Source of the DNA: Nageia nagi
Taxonomy: Eukaryota > Plantae > Pinophyta
Assembly: GCA_050084985.1 (NCBI GenBank)
Contig: JBITNC010000001.1
Coordinates: forward strand, 145,018,001-145,082,000
DNA: 64,000 bases
Reading direction: 5' to 3'
Numbering within the stretch: the stretch's first letter is position 1; each line of letters starts with the position of its first letter. Positions 52,201 to 64,000 of the stretch are shown here, piece by piece. Below the pieces are notes generated by a model, which worked only from the letters and a program-made list of their open reading frames with translations, did not search any database and had not been told where the DNA came from. Position numbers and translations under genes: made by a program.

Positions 52201-54560
52201 GTTGAATGAGGATACAATTGATATTAATATTGAAATGATAAAAATCAAAACAAATAAAAGTATGATCTTATATTCCAAAGGAACATGATAAACATACATA
52301 ATTATTAATTAAAAAATTAGATATGTTTTCTTGGTCTTTTTGATGATATGCTTGGTTAAATACTTAATTTGTTATACACAATCTTGTAGTTCCTATAGAT
52401 ACTAAATCTATAGAATAGGATTCAATAAAAATTCATCCAAAAGTTACTTTATTAGTAAAAAAGGAAATTGAAAAGTATATAAAGGATAATTTTACTATAT
52501 CCATTTACTATATAAGCTAAACTTTGATAGATTATTAGACAAGGTATACTCCACTTAAAAAATTGTATCATACTATAATTTTTTCTATAAAAAAGTTGTT
52601 ATATTAAATGCTTAATGATACCACATATGTCATAGTACAAGAAGATCTATTGAGGTACTTACAATCAAAGCCACATCCTTGAGGAAGGAAAACCAAGTGG
52701 GTAATGTTGTTTTAATAATTTAATCTATTGCTCATGAATGAAAAAAGGGAAAGTATAGGTACTAGCATATTTCATACACGTGCTTCCCAAGATGACATGA
52801 GCCCATTAAATCAATAATTTTAATAAGACTATATATATTTTTCAAGTTATGAAGATCATGAGTAGATCCTATCATTTGATCATTCCAAGTATAATCATGG
52901 GGTAGGGGCAAGTATAGTGCTAATATCTCTAGATAAATAATATACCCCTATAGTTTGAGCTTTTATTATACCAACAATATACAAAAATATGGGTTACATA
53001 TTTTAAGTCTTAATGCAACAATAATATTTAATATAAATAATTCAAGATATTTATGGACTCTTAGTTATCAAGTTAAGGAGGTTTATAAAAAAAAATGAAA
53101 AGTTGAGCTACTATAAAGAAATAGTTTCAAGTCTTATACAAATTTCTAATGAATATGAGATTAAGAATATCCCAAGAAGTAATAATAGGTATTTGGATTT
53201 CATAGCTCATGGAGTTTCATTAGCCCCCATTGAGATAAAGGATTATAAAATAATTCTAACAATTAAGAACTTGAGTAAGCCTTCAAATATTGAGTTAGTG
53301 GTTTAAGATTTATTTATTGATTTTTATATAAAAAATTAATATAATAGTAATTCCTAATGGTATTATTAAATATATCAATATCTCAAGAATGACACTATTA
53401 CATAAAATTTAAACATAAGTGAAAGAATTATTCTAAAAACATTAGTACCAAAGCATGTAATCATTGGTGAAATTTGAAGTAGAAGGTTATTAAATGAATA
53501 ACTTTCAAAGTGCTTAAAGAAAAATGAATAAGAAGAGCTAAATAACATGAACATGACGGTGTTTGTGGAGGATACTTTCATGTAAAAATAATTTATCAAA
53601 AGTTGTTGATGATTGATTATCATTAACCTAAAATGGTGAAAGAGTGTTATATACTTATTAAAAAGTTTGAGTAATGTCAAAATAAAGAAAATTTTCAATA
53701 CAAACCATCATAATATTTTAACACCATAGTTTCACCTTGGTCCTTATTAAATTGGGAAATATATTTGATTATTGTCATAAATTTACACTTTCAAAGTCAT
53801 AAGTTTATCATTAACTACAAAATACTTCACTAAATTGGTAGAGGATATCCAATTGAAGTCTATTGAATGGAATAAGATCATCAAGTTCATCACGAAAAAA
53901 AATCATAATAAGTTTCGGTGTTACTTCCCGATTTATCATGGACAATGGACCAACCTGCTTTGCAAGCAAGGGAATCAAGATATTTTGTAAGAAGTTCCAT
54001 ATAGATTTTTTTTTTTCAAATCCATACTATCCTTAAGGAAAAGGTAAAGTGGAATATGGAAATAATAATCAATATTATTCTAAAACTAGTTTTTAAGAAT
54101 AATAAGGATTAACATAATCACTTATCTTGTGTACTATGGGTTTATATGAATAGAATAAGAAAACCCATTAGAGCTTGAGATTGCATGCTTAAGAATATCT
54201 CTTCAAGGCATAATATCATATGAAGAATTAAGAAAAGAAAGACTTCAACAATTAGAATAACTAGATGAGGGAATAATAAATTCCATAAGAATTAAGTTCC
54301 TATTTGAAATAAAATTAAGAATGCATATAATAAGAAAAATAAGAGAAGGGAATTCCAAATAGGTGGCTTAGTATTTGAGGAGAATAGTAAAAAGACTAAT
54401 ACCAATATAGAACTCAAGGTCAAGTTTGAACATAATTGGTTAGGCCCTTTTATAATTATTATTTTTTGGATCCAACACAAATAAACATGGAAATATGGAT
54501 AGAAAATATTTTTCTCAAATTAATGAACATCATATACCTCAAGATATTTTATGTGTGATT
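49300..54560 (+). mobile_element. Heavily AT-mutated Tat/Ogre-type Gypsy gag-pol relic
   Basis: Relics of gag; PR (..WIHAIG..STLHRCIK, ~50580); additional RNase H (FD.SK...GVGASIVLIS, IPRSNNRY); integrase end KFEHNWLGPF (~54420). Confidence 0.75.
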
Positions 54561-54954
54561 AGGTCATAACTTAGAAATGGAAGCAAAAACTAGAAAATTA
54601 TTAACAAGGTTAGTATCAATATACTTAGGTCATAGGGTAAATTTTATATCATTTTGAACTAAAACTAAGATCATAATTGATCCTATTATTAGCTTACAAG
54701 ACTACCATAAACCTTATTTTATAATATTTTTTTAGGTTACATGAATTTTAGATAGTGTTAGTTAGCTTTAGAACTTCTTCTAGATTAATTATTTTCTATT
54801 TTGGTTAGTTTTAGGGAAAAAATTCAATCATGAATGTAGAGATAAGTCAAGAAAAAAAAGAATATTATCTAAGGGAAACTCAATTATCCATTTAGAAAAA
54901 AATTATATTAATTCAAAAATTAGGAATAATAATAAAAATTAGCTTTTAAGTTCA

Positions 54955-56250
54955 TTTTTTTTGTAAAGGGTAAGAAAACAAGGTTTTTTATACAAGATCC
55001 CAAAACGTGATTACATGATATTTTTATACTAGATCAACCAGTTCACTATAGAAAATAAGAGTCATATATTTTCATCAATAGCTTATACAATAAAGAGACT
55101 AAAACATAGAGACTAACATAAATAAAGGATATTCCATAATTATGGTAACTACATCATAGTTATGAAGAGTCTTCAAGAGTTTCAAGATTTGAGAAGGAAA
55201 TTTTGCTTTGAGACTACAGAGATAATACTAGTACATTCCATAATTTGGGTCATTAATTGATTCACATTGCAAATCAATTCTACCATTTGTATTGCTTGCA
55301 TATCATACTAAGATAACTCGTGTTGTCTTATCCCTAGCTTCTCAGGGTGAGCGAGGTTGCATTGAAGGTGAGACCAAAGGGGATTTCTTCATAGAGGCTC
55401 CATATGAAGTACTAACTCCCACTTTAGAGGTATTTCCATGAGAAATTAGGATAGAAGAGTGCTCATTAGAGCAAGGGCCAAATCCATTATCAATCATAGC
55501 TATCAAATCCATCTTAGGCCTAGAAGGAATGACAAATTACAAAAAAGCTTCGAGGAGAAGCTATTGTTAGTCACCACAGTAGAAGGATATTTTCTCAAAT
55601 ACAAACAACCATTTACCATATAACTACCTACATCCATAGATGTTATAGGTGATGATCCTATACCATCACCCAACTAAATTGAGATCACCTTCACAAAAGT
55701 ATCAATCTTTGTAACACAATGAGGAGATTTTTTGGGATAGCTATGCTTCAAGTGACCAACTTGTTAACAACTAAATATCACATAATTGCTTAGGTTACAA
55801 AATTCTATCAAATTCGCTCGATTCTGATCATCCATATATAAATATTTACCAATTGAATTATTGATTTTCATAAATTTTTTTTTACCCCATAATTATAAGG
55901 GGAGAACATACAAATTAATCCAAATTGGATAACCTTCTGCATCCTCCAAGAATGGATTAAGTCTAGGTTTCTAGGGCTTCATGAAAATTCCTCTTTGACT
56001 GTAAAATTAATGATGTTTGGAATTGAAGATTTTATCTCTCTCCATTTTATTTGGAAATACCACTAAGAAAAAATTATTTGGAAGAAATGTTACCCCAACT
56101 TCATTTCACCAATGCTTCCAAACAAATTTCTAAAGGTTTTCACTACTATGACACCCACCTTGTAACTTACAAATAATCACATTTGGAGAAAATGAATCTC
56201 ATCAAATTCAACCTCACTATCTACTATCAAGATTGTAGGAGGGATTGAAT
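54955..56250 (-). mobile_element. LINE relic: ORF1-like segment and possible poly(A) end
   Basis: YPIWINLYVLPL.LWG (DUF4283-like) and C.QVGHLKHS knuckle on the minus strand at 55740-55940; T-run at ~54955. Confidence 0.55.
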
Positions 56251-56799
56251 GCAAGGGATGGATGCCATTCTCTACAACATTCTCTCACTCGCTTCAAAAT
56301 TCTAAAGTCACTTCTTCATTCATACCCAAGGGATTTTATCACCTCATTCATATTTCACTCCATTTCAAGACCTTACCAATTCTTGAACTTACTTCAAGCT
56401 TATCACTATGTATGCAATGTAGTTCATTAACCATTATGTTCATTCTTGAAATAAACATTGTTGAATATTTGATATTTTTGAGCTAGGCCAACCATAAGTG
56501 TATAGAGGTATCTCAAGATACCCCACTACCAATAAGCATATATAACCCTAGTGAAGATTACCATGAGGGACATGTCACCAATTGTTAAGGATGCCTCACT
56601 ACCAATAAGCATACATAGCCCTGGTGAGGATTAACCCTAGCCTTGTCATTTAATATATGAATTTTAAGCTTTAAAATTTGTAAATTGACAAAGGCTATAC
56701 GAATAATAGGATGTCTGAATAACTTTTTCTCTACTCATCAATAAAAGATAAGAGTGATTAGTTCTCAAACAAAATTCTTTTACTGTGAATGTGTTGGAT

Positions 56800-59700
56800 C
56801 AACCTTCAACATTGTTCAGAATTAGGATGAATCTTTCATTCCCTTCTTAATAAGGTGATTTTTAACCATGATTGATAGGTATCATTGATCATGCATGATT
56901 AATTGAGACACAACCAAGATCAAAATTAGTCCATTTTTCAAATTAATCTAACTCCTTATTTCTTGACAACATGACATGTGCAATCTAAAAGATAAATAAT
57001 TTACACAAGAGAGCATGAAATTATATAGTCTTTGCAAAGAAAATTATCATCAATATGAACATAAAAAAAAAAAAATAATACTATTTAAAAGCATGCAAGG
57101 AAAATAAAAGTTATTCCAAATCCTAGATCTTTATTTGTTTCACTAGTCATTTGGATCAATATTTAAAGTTCTTTTATTTCTTCTCTTTGACTTAATCAAA
57201 TGAAGCATTTCAACACAAACAATCACATCAAAACTTTCAAATAATTCATATTTAAAATATAAATGATTGGAAACATCAAAACTTATAATGGATCTTCATC
57301 ATACCAAGGTTCTATCTCAAAAGAAGCAAGAATAGGGAATGATATAGAAGTTGAAAAATATGTAGTATTTTCTATACAAAGAGCATTCAACCTATTTTAA
57401 CACTTAATATGTGAAACATCACACTAATCAACCTTGCAACCATAATCACTAGAAATGAATTCCAAAATATCTTCTTGATTCATGGTGATGATCTCATTAG
57501 GATATCTGGGTTGTTTGAAATAATCCTTACATAAAAGGAAGAGAAAATAATCATACCCAAATTCATTATAAGGTAATTGGATTAATAGACATTGTTCCAA
57601 AGTAGTTATCCCAATGTTAGGTTCTTGGAAAAGATCTTCTAAATCCCATACCAAATAAGGAACTTCATGATCAAAAAATTTCTTATGTCAATTTTCAAAA
57701 CACCTTTCACATGACTACATAACATCATTCATTTCATTTTATTTGTCTTTCAAATCAAGCTTAGGAAGAAAAAAATAATCATTTGTATATTGACTTAACA
57801 AACAATCATTTTCACCTAAGAGATCAGAGAAGGGGATATTACATACCTCATTTTTTTTTATCGTGTTTGAGGATAAACTTTCTTGTGATTTCTCCTGAGT
57901 GTTATTTGTGTAGTTCATCTCATCATGAAGATAGCCTCTTTTAGGGCAAGCATGATGAAGAAATGGTTTCTCTTCAATAAGAACTTGTTTTTGGATTCAT
58001 TATCAAAATTTGAATAATAACATTCTTCATTCTTACAACTTCCAAAAGTTATTTTCTAATGTTTATGATATTTATTATGAAACTCATCATTTAAATTTAT
58101 TTCAATCTTTTATCAATATACTTGATTCATCAGCATTGCCAATCCTTATTTGGATCATCCAGAAGTAGTGTTATATCTTCAGGAAAGAATATACTTTGTT
58201 TAAACTAGCTATCTTCATCATATGAAAACTCTATCTAGCATTAACACTCTTGATTCTCACCATGATATTTCTAGACAATCTTCACCTCTCTTTCAAGTCC
58301 TTTCTCCATATAATATATTGATTTCTATTCATTCCTTGGTCATACTTAATTTTCTAAGAATTCCATGATGAATTTTTCATCTAGTTGATCTATTATAATG
58401 CAATCCTTGATGTCATGACTTTGATTGTTATAGAATATGAAATACATACCTTTGATAACTTGATTTTATTAAATGGTTTTAAGGCATATTATCTCATCAA
58501 GAGAATGATCATCAAAGACATGACTTAGGATGTGAATATCACATTGATTCTCATTTAAAATTTTATAACAAGATTTCTCATCTTCATGTTGCACTAGATA
58601 TTCTAAAAGGAATATCTCTATTATTTCTTCATCTGATTGTTCTAACTTTTCATACTCTTCATCTTATGAAACCCTATCTGGTATCATATTTGAAATTTCA
58701 AATCTTGCTTCAAAAATGGGATATATTTTGGCATGAAACAAATGGAAAACTCTCTTTATCTTTGTACCGTATATTCTGAAAGAAGTGTTGAGATCAATCA
58801 TTCTTTATCTACATCAATCAATTGTTGATATCCTTTAATTTGGAGGTATTCTACAATATGTTGTTCCATAGAACAACTTTCCAATTCATGAACTTCATTA
58901 TGGCATACATCATAATACATGATATTGGGAGAATATGGTTGTCCATCATCATGATGCCAAACTTGAGCTTCTTGGATTTCTATCATTTCCATAAGATCAT
59001 TTGATTTCTCTACACTTTCTTGATAGAATATCCTATATCTATTTTCATCACCTTTCAATGAATAATTTAAAGTATCTTTCTAGTCACATTGATCATTTTG
59101 AGCATCCAAAATCATGAGCTATTTATTTTCATATTAAATTTCATCCTTTTTAACCTTGTCTTCTTTTCTAGGATGATCATCTTCTTTGTTATTTTGGTTA
59201 GATTCATTCAAGCTCTTAAATTTTCTTGAATCAAAAAGGTATTATTCATGCATTATTGCTTCAACTATAGCATCATCAAAATTTGTTGGAATAGAACAAT
59301 TAACTACATAAGATAACTCAAGTTACAAAGCATTCATGAAGAAACACTTCTTCATACAATCATTAGGTCTAATTTCTTATGGTATTCTCATATATAGTTT
59401 GTTGAATCTATTCATAAATTGAATAGCTATTTCATTTTCATGCTTCTTCATAAGAAATAATTCATTGATAAATTTTGTTCCATTCACCTTGCTCTTTAAT
59501 CTACCCAATAATGATTTAAATAAATTATCCCAAATTTGAATGCATCCTTGAGGTAACAAATATACCATTGCAAGGTTCCTTTGGTGAAGGTTTGAACAAA
59601 TAGGAAAATTGCTACATCTTCATGCTTCACTCCAACAATACCACAAAAAGTGTTGAAGTGATCTAAATGTTCTTCCACTAAAATACTTAAGGAATCTCTT

Positions 59701-60125
59701 GAAAATATAGGCATATGTTTGATATGTTTTGGTACCTCATGTTTATCTCCTATAAGATTCAAAGAACCTAAAGTAGGCCTCAAAAGTTAAGGTATTACTT
59801 CCTTTTGGTCATATTGATCATATTAAGTATCATCCATGACTAGTACATGAAATTCTCTTTATTTACAACTTCATCAATGAGATATTTGGACTCTCTACTC
59901 CTAGAAGAAATATATTTTTGTCCAAAAAAATCTTCCTTTTTTTTGTTTCTTTTTTTTTTTCTTTTTAACTAATCCTAAGTTCTGTTTTCAAATAAAAGAG
60001 AAAGTTATAGTTATGTTTTCACTCAAAAAATCTTCTTCCTAAGTGATTGACTTGGAGTCACCAAGCTAACTTATCCTAGCTAAAAGTTTCAAAGCATAAG
60101 ACTTGCTTCCCCAGAGAAGTCACTA
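56800..60125 (-). mobile_element. Decayed Gypsy gag region with degenerate tRNA-Arg-type PBS; probable LTR follows from ~60130
   Basis: EEHLDHFNTFCGIVGVKHEDVAIFLFVQTF..LQWY and FMNRFNKLYMRIP (retrotransposon gag); CCCCAGAGAAGTCACTA at ~60109-60125 resembles the tRNA-Arg 3' end CCCCAGTGGAGTCGCCA. Confidence 0.7.
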
Positions 60126-61439
60126 ATTCTATTAACCACTTTTTCTTGTAGAAGAAAAGGGGATAGCAAGGGATTATGCAGTTATCCTTTTTAATGAGGG
60201 GATACTTGATATACTTCAATCTTCTTCTTCCATTAATTTAAATAGATCAATTTTCGTAGTAGTTCTTAACTAGAAAACTCTTCTATCTTACTGATCATCT
60301 AGTAAGAGAAATCATTTATGATAAATTTAGATGTAGCACTTACTTGAAATTAAAACACTCAAGAATGTACCCAGATCTTAGTTTAAAAAGTAAAGTGAGA
60401 GTCTTTATCCTATCATCCTAAAAGAAAAATCAATACTGATTCATTGATATTGGTCTTCACTGTTAATCATAAGTCTTGCTGCAATGCTTGCAAAACTTAT
60501 AAAAGGTTATAAAAATCACATACACCACTAATTTATTGATTAACTAGTAATCAAAGCATCCAAATGAAAATAATAATAGCAAAATGAAATCATAAGAGCA
60601 ATCAAGTCTTCTTTATTAATCTTGAATCTTAAAAAATACAACAATTCCTTGCAATAGTGAGAGAGATAGACTAAAATAGAAATTACAATCAAATCCAAAT
60701 AATCTAACCTATACAAAAATAACTAATTTTCCTACAAATAATTCAAAAACCTCCAAAACATTTCCATGTAGATCACACTAAGTATTTGACTAATATTATT
60801 CCTTTTGTTGTGGCTGAAAATTTAATTTGAGGTTCTTGTATACTTTGACTTGGATGAAATTGTGTGGTTCTTCCTTGGAATTTACCACTACTTGAAATAT
60901 TGTATCAATGTTTGCTCCTTGATTGGTGTTATTCCATAGATTGCAAGCATATTCATCTTCATATTTTATATATATATAATTAAATTCTACTTATAAAAAA
61001 CAAGTATTAAAAAGTATGTGGGGACTTTTAAATGAAAAGGAAACTTAAATGAAATCAAAATAGTATTCCCCTTTCTGATGTGGTGTATTTTTGTGAGTGA
61101 AACATACAAAAATTTTGGGCTAAAACATCCCTTAAAATTACAAATTTTATATCATTATCAAAATATCTCTTCCACCCCTTTCCAACAGTTCAAACAGAAA
61201 AAGAAATAGAGTCCCAATTTGCAAGATATGGTTGTTTAAAGATAGCCTTCTTAGGTGAACCTATTTTAAGGTATATTTTTTATTTAATAAATTTTCTCAT
61301 ATATTCTAAGCTTAAAAATCAAATCTCATTATCTCAAGTTATATCCCTTCTATTCCCCTTTCCAATGATTCAAACAATTTGAAAAATGAAGTCTGGATGC
61401 AAATGTTATCACTGTTTGAAGTCTCATTCTTCTAGGGCT

Positions 61440-62420
61440 CTATCAAGCTTGGTTGATATTGGATCAACATGATTGATGATATATTTTAATTTTTCATTAT
61501 ATTTGAGCCAACCAACTAGAAGAAAAAATTGACCAACTCGATATGACCAATTAAAAAGTAATTAACATTATTATTGTTATCATATTTGATCTAACCAACT
61601 GGAAAAATTTTCATTAATGAACTCAACCAAACCCATTGGAAATTTGTTTATGATGAACTCAACCTAATCAACTAAAAATTTATTATCATCAACATCATTA
61701 TCATCATCATTCTCAATCTGACCAATTAAAAACTAATCAATATTATTATCATTATTATCTTCCTCAACCTAAAAAACTAAAAATCAATTAACATTTTCAT
61801 TGTTATCATCATCATTGAACTAACTAACTAAAAATAAATTGGTAGCATTTCACTTCAAAATTTTCTAACTCCAAATTCTTATCATATTCATTTTTTATTC
61901 AACCTCCTTATAGATTGTTGAGGGGTCACCTCTTATTTATAGTTAGGTTAGGTTACAAATGGACATGCGTTACAAATCTAGAGAGACATGTGAAGGTAGA
62001 AATTTTATTAACATTCAACTTGATTCGAACAACTAAAATGTTATCATCGACCAACTTAATATGACCAACAGAAATGTTGTTATCAACCAACTCAATCTGA
62101 CTAACTGAAAAGTAGACTTCATAAAATTAGTTAGTCAAATTGAAGTGACTAATGACAAAATTTTATTAATAATCAACTTGATCCAATCAATTGAAATATT
62201 GTTGTTGACCAACTCGATCTGACCAATTGAAAAGTAGACTTTGTAAAATTAGTTAGTCGGATTGAAGTGACTGATGATAAAATTTTGTTAATGATCAAAT
62301 CAATTCAACCAATTGAAATGTTGTTATGAATGAAATGGATCTTATCAACTATAAATTGAACTTTGTGAAATCAATTTGTTGGATTGAAGTAACTGATAAC
62401 AATGTCAAGGGTCAACTAGA
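61440..62420. repeat. Degenerate tandem repeats, including ~122-bp units with internal inverted repeats
   Basis: ACCAACTC(G/A)AT(C/A)TGACCAA recurs; 62088-62210 and 62210-62330 are clear copies. Confidence 0.7.
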
Positions 62421-63489
62421 TATGACTAAGGAAAAAAGACTTCAAAAAATGTCAAAATTTTATGAAATGAATTCTAAAGCATTATTTATTTTGTGTAGAT
62501 CTAAAAGAGTGATCATATGAACCCTTTTACTCATTGATTTACCAATAAAAATACATTTTAAGTTCGAGTCTACTCTCAAGGTGGTTTTGCTTAAAATTAA
62601 TTAAATCGGTAAATGGGGATCAATTGGCCTTTTCATGCATAACTTTTGCATACAAGCTCCTTTTTTCAAATCATTAGTTTTATGAGTTCCCTAAGATTGG
62701 TATATTTTTAACAAATAATTGTATGATTCCTTTTGATTATCCCTACTTACCCAAAATCTCACTCAAATATATATGAATTAGAAAATTAATTAAATTCATT
62801 AAATTTAAGTAACCTTAAAACTTTAATATCTCGAGTTCTACAATTCTGTTTGATGAATCATAAAAAGTGTTAGGTTCATGATATAGATTAATTTAATATG
62901 ATATAATAAAAATAATAAAATTTCAACAACATTTTTTGAGATTATTATTGACACATATCCCAAGATGAAGACCAAAGGTGACCTTATCAAGTGTGCTCAT
63001 CTGGGAAACTTTGGAGGTAAGTCAAACACTTTAAGAATAATGGTATCAATCTAAATTAAGTATACAATATATATCATCTATTATATGTAGTCAAAAATAC
63101 ATAATTTGTTTTTACAAACTTGACAAGACATGATTCTCACCCTTTTTCATCATGAAAACCAAGTATGATTAAATTCATAAATGGTTAATGATTGTAGATT
63201 TTGATCAAACATGCATGTATGAAATATGTGAAAGATAAAAAAAAATTAAAACCTAACTAAGAAAACAAAGGAGTTTCTACAAATTTTGAGAAAATAAAAT
63301 TTGGGTGGTAATACAATACATTTGAAGAAAGTATCCATAAGTTTTATTTAAAATCCTTCTCAAGCTAAGCTAACTGAAAGGGTTTCTAAAATTGAGATAC
63401 ACCCAAAATTTCAACAGAAAAAAGAAGACTATGATGGTGTCTTCACTTGAACCTTGTCGAAGGATATCCTCAACCTTCCCCTATCACTA

Positions 63490-63665
63490 TATCTAGAGAC
63501 CCCTATATTTGATATGTTCAATGGCAATCAACACCCAAATTAATATCTTGTGAGCTTTCATGAGGATTACTTGTTCAAGTTAGGAGTCAAAGAGAAGTTA
63601 ATGGCCAAATTTTTCCCAAAGAAATTGAAGGGATGTGCCAGCCAATGGATATATAATCTTCCACT
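63490..63665 (+). pseudogene. Gypsy gag fragment
   Basis: PIFDMFNGNQHP..YLVSF...LMAKFFPKKLKGCASQWIYNLP. Confidence 0.6.
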
Positions 63666-64000
63666 CAATTCTTTTTTTTTTTTTATAAAATTTGGGTAAA
63701 TTTGACATTTATCAATAAAATTTAGAGTTTTGAAAGGGCTATGAGAACCTTGTATAAAAGGATATTTCTTTATATATGATCAATAAATAAAATGAAACAT
63801 TATATTTCAGCCTTAAAATATATCATAATAAAGAATGAGCATTATAAAATAATCTTCATAACTAGATAAAATGAACCATTAACATATGTATCATTAAAAA
63901 CTTGCAAGATAGGATAAAAAAGTAGTATATATCATATATTACACTTCTAATAATCACTGTTAGATCTCCTCTTCCAAGTTAAGGTTACAACCATATGCTC

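Noticed and set aside
60040-60125. tRNA gene
   Set aside because: Only short, degenerate PBS-like matches to a tRNA 3' end; no cloverleaf.

Overview
This is AT-rich plant nuclear DNA. The element families, PPR style and giant intron suggest a gymnosperm (inference; no taxonomic marker seen). It contains one host gene on the + strand: a TOM1-like (TOL, VHS-GAT family) gene with five splice-consistent coding exons (5593-5753, 35254-35335, 37095-37180, 37465-37845, 38305-39034). The VHS-coding exons are not in the window. The first visible intron is 29,500 bp and holds a nest of retroelements. Chromoviral Gypsy A (9572-~27984, minus) contains solo LTR E and Copia B. The 3' LTR of B contains non-autonomous Gypsy C, and the protease of C contains solo LTR D. 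The intron also holds LINE relics and two hAT MITEs. Downstream of the gene is a full-length but decayed Copia (F, 40362-48782, TSD TTCAT) inserted in an older Tat-type Gypsy, followed by heavily AT-mutated Tat/Gypsy/LINE relics. The most notable observation is that three retroelements carry PLS-class PPR-like sequence. In C, RT-RNaseH-integrase is replaced by an open ~300-codon frame ending in PPR-like motifs, fused in frame to Gag-protease. The related Copias B and F carry antisense PPR relics at the same position in their 5' leaders. All calls are by eye; no alignments or database searches were run.
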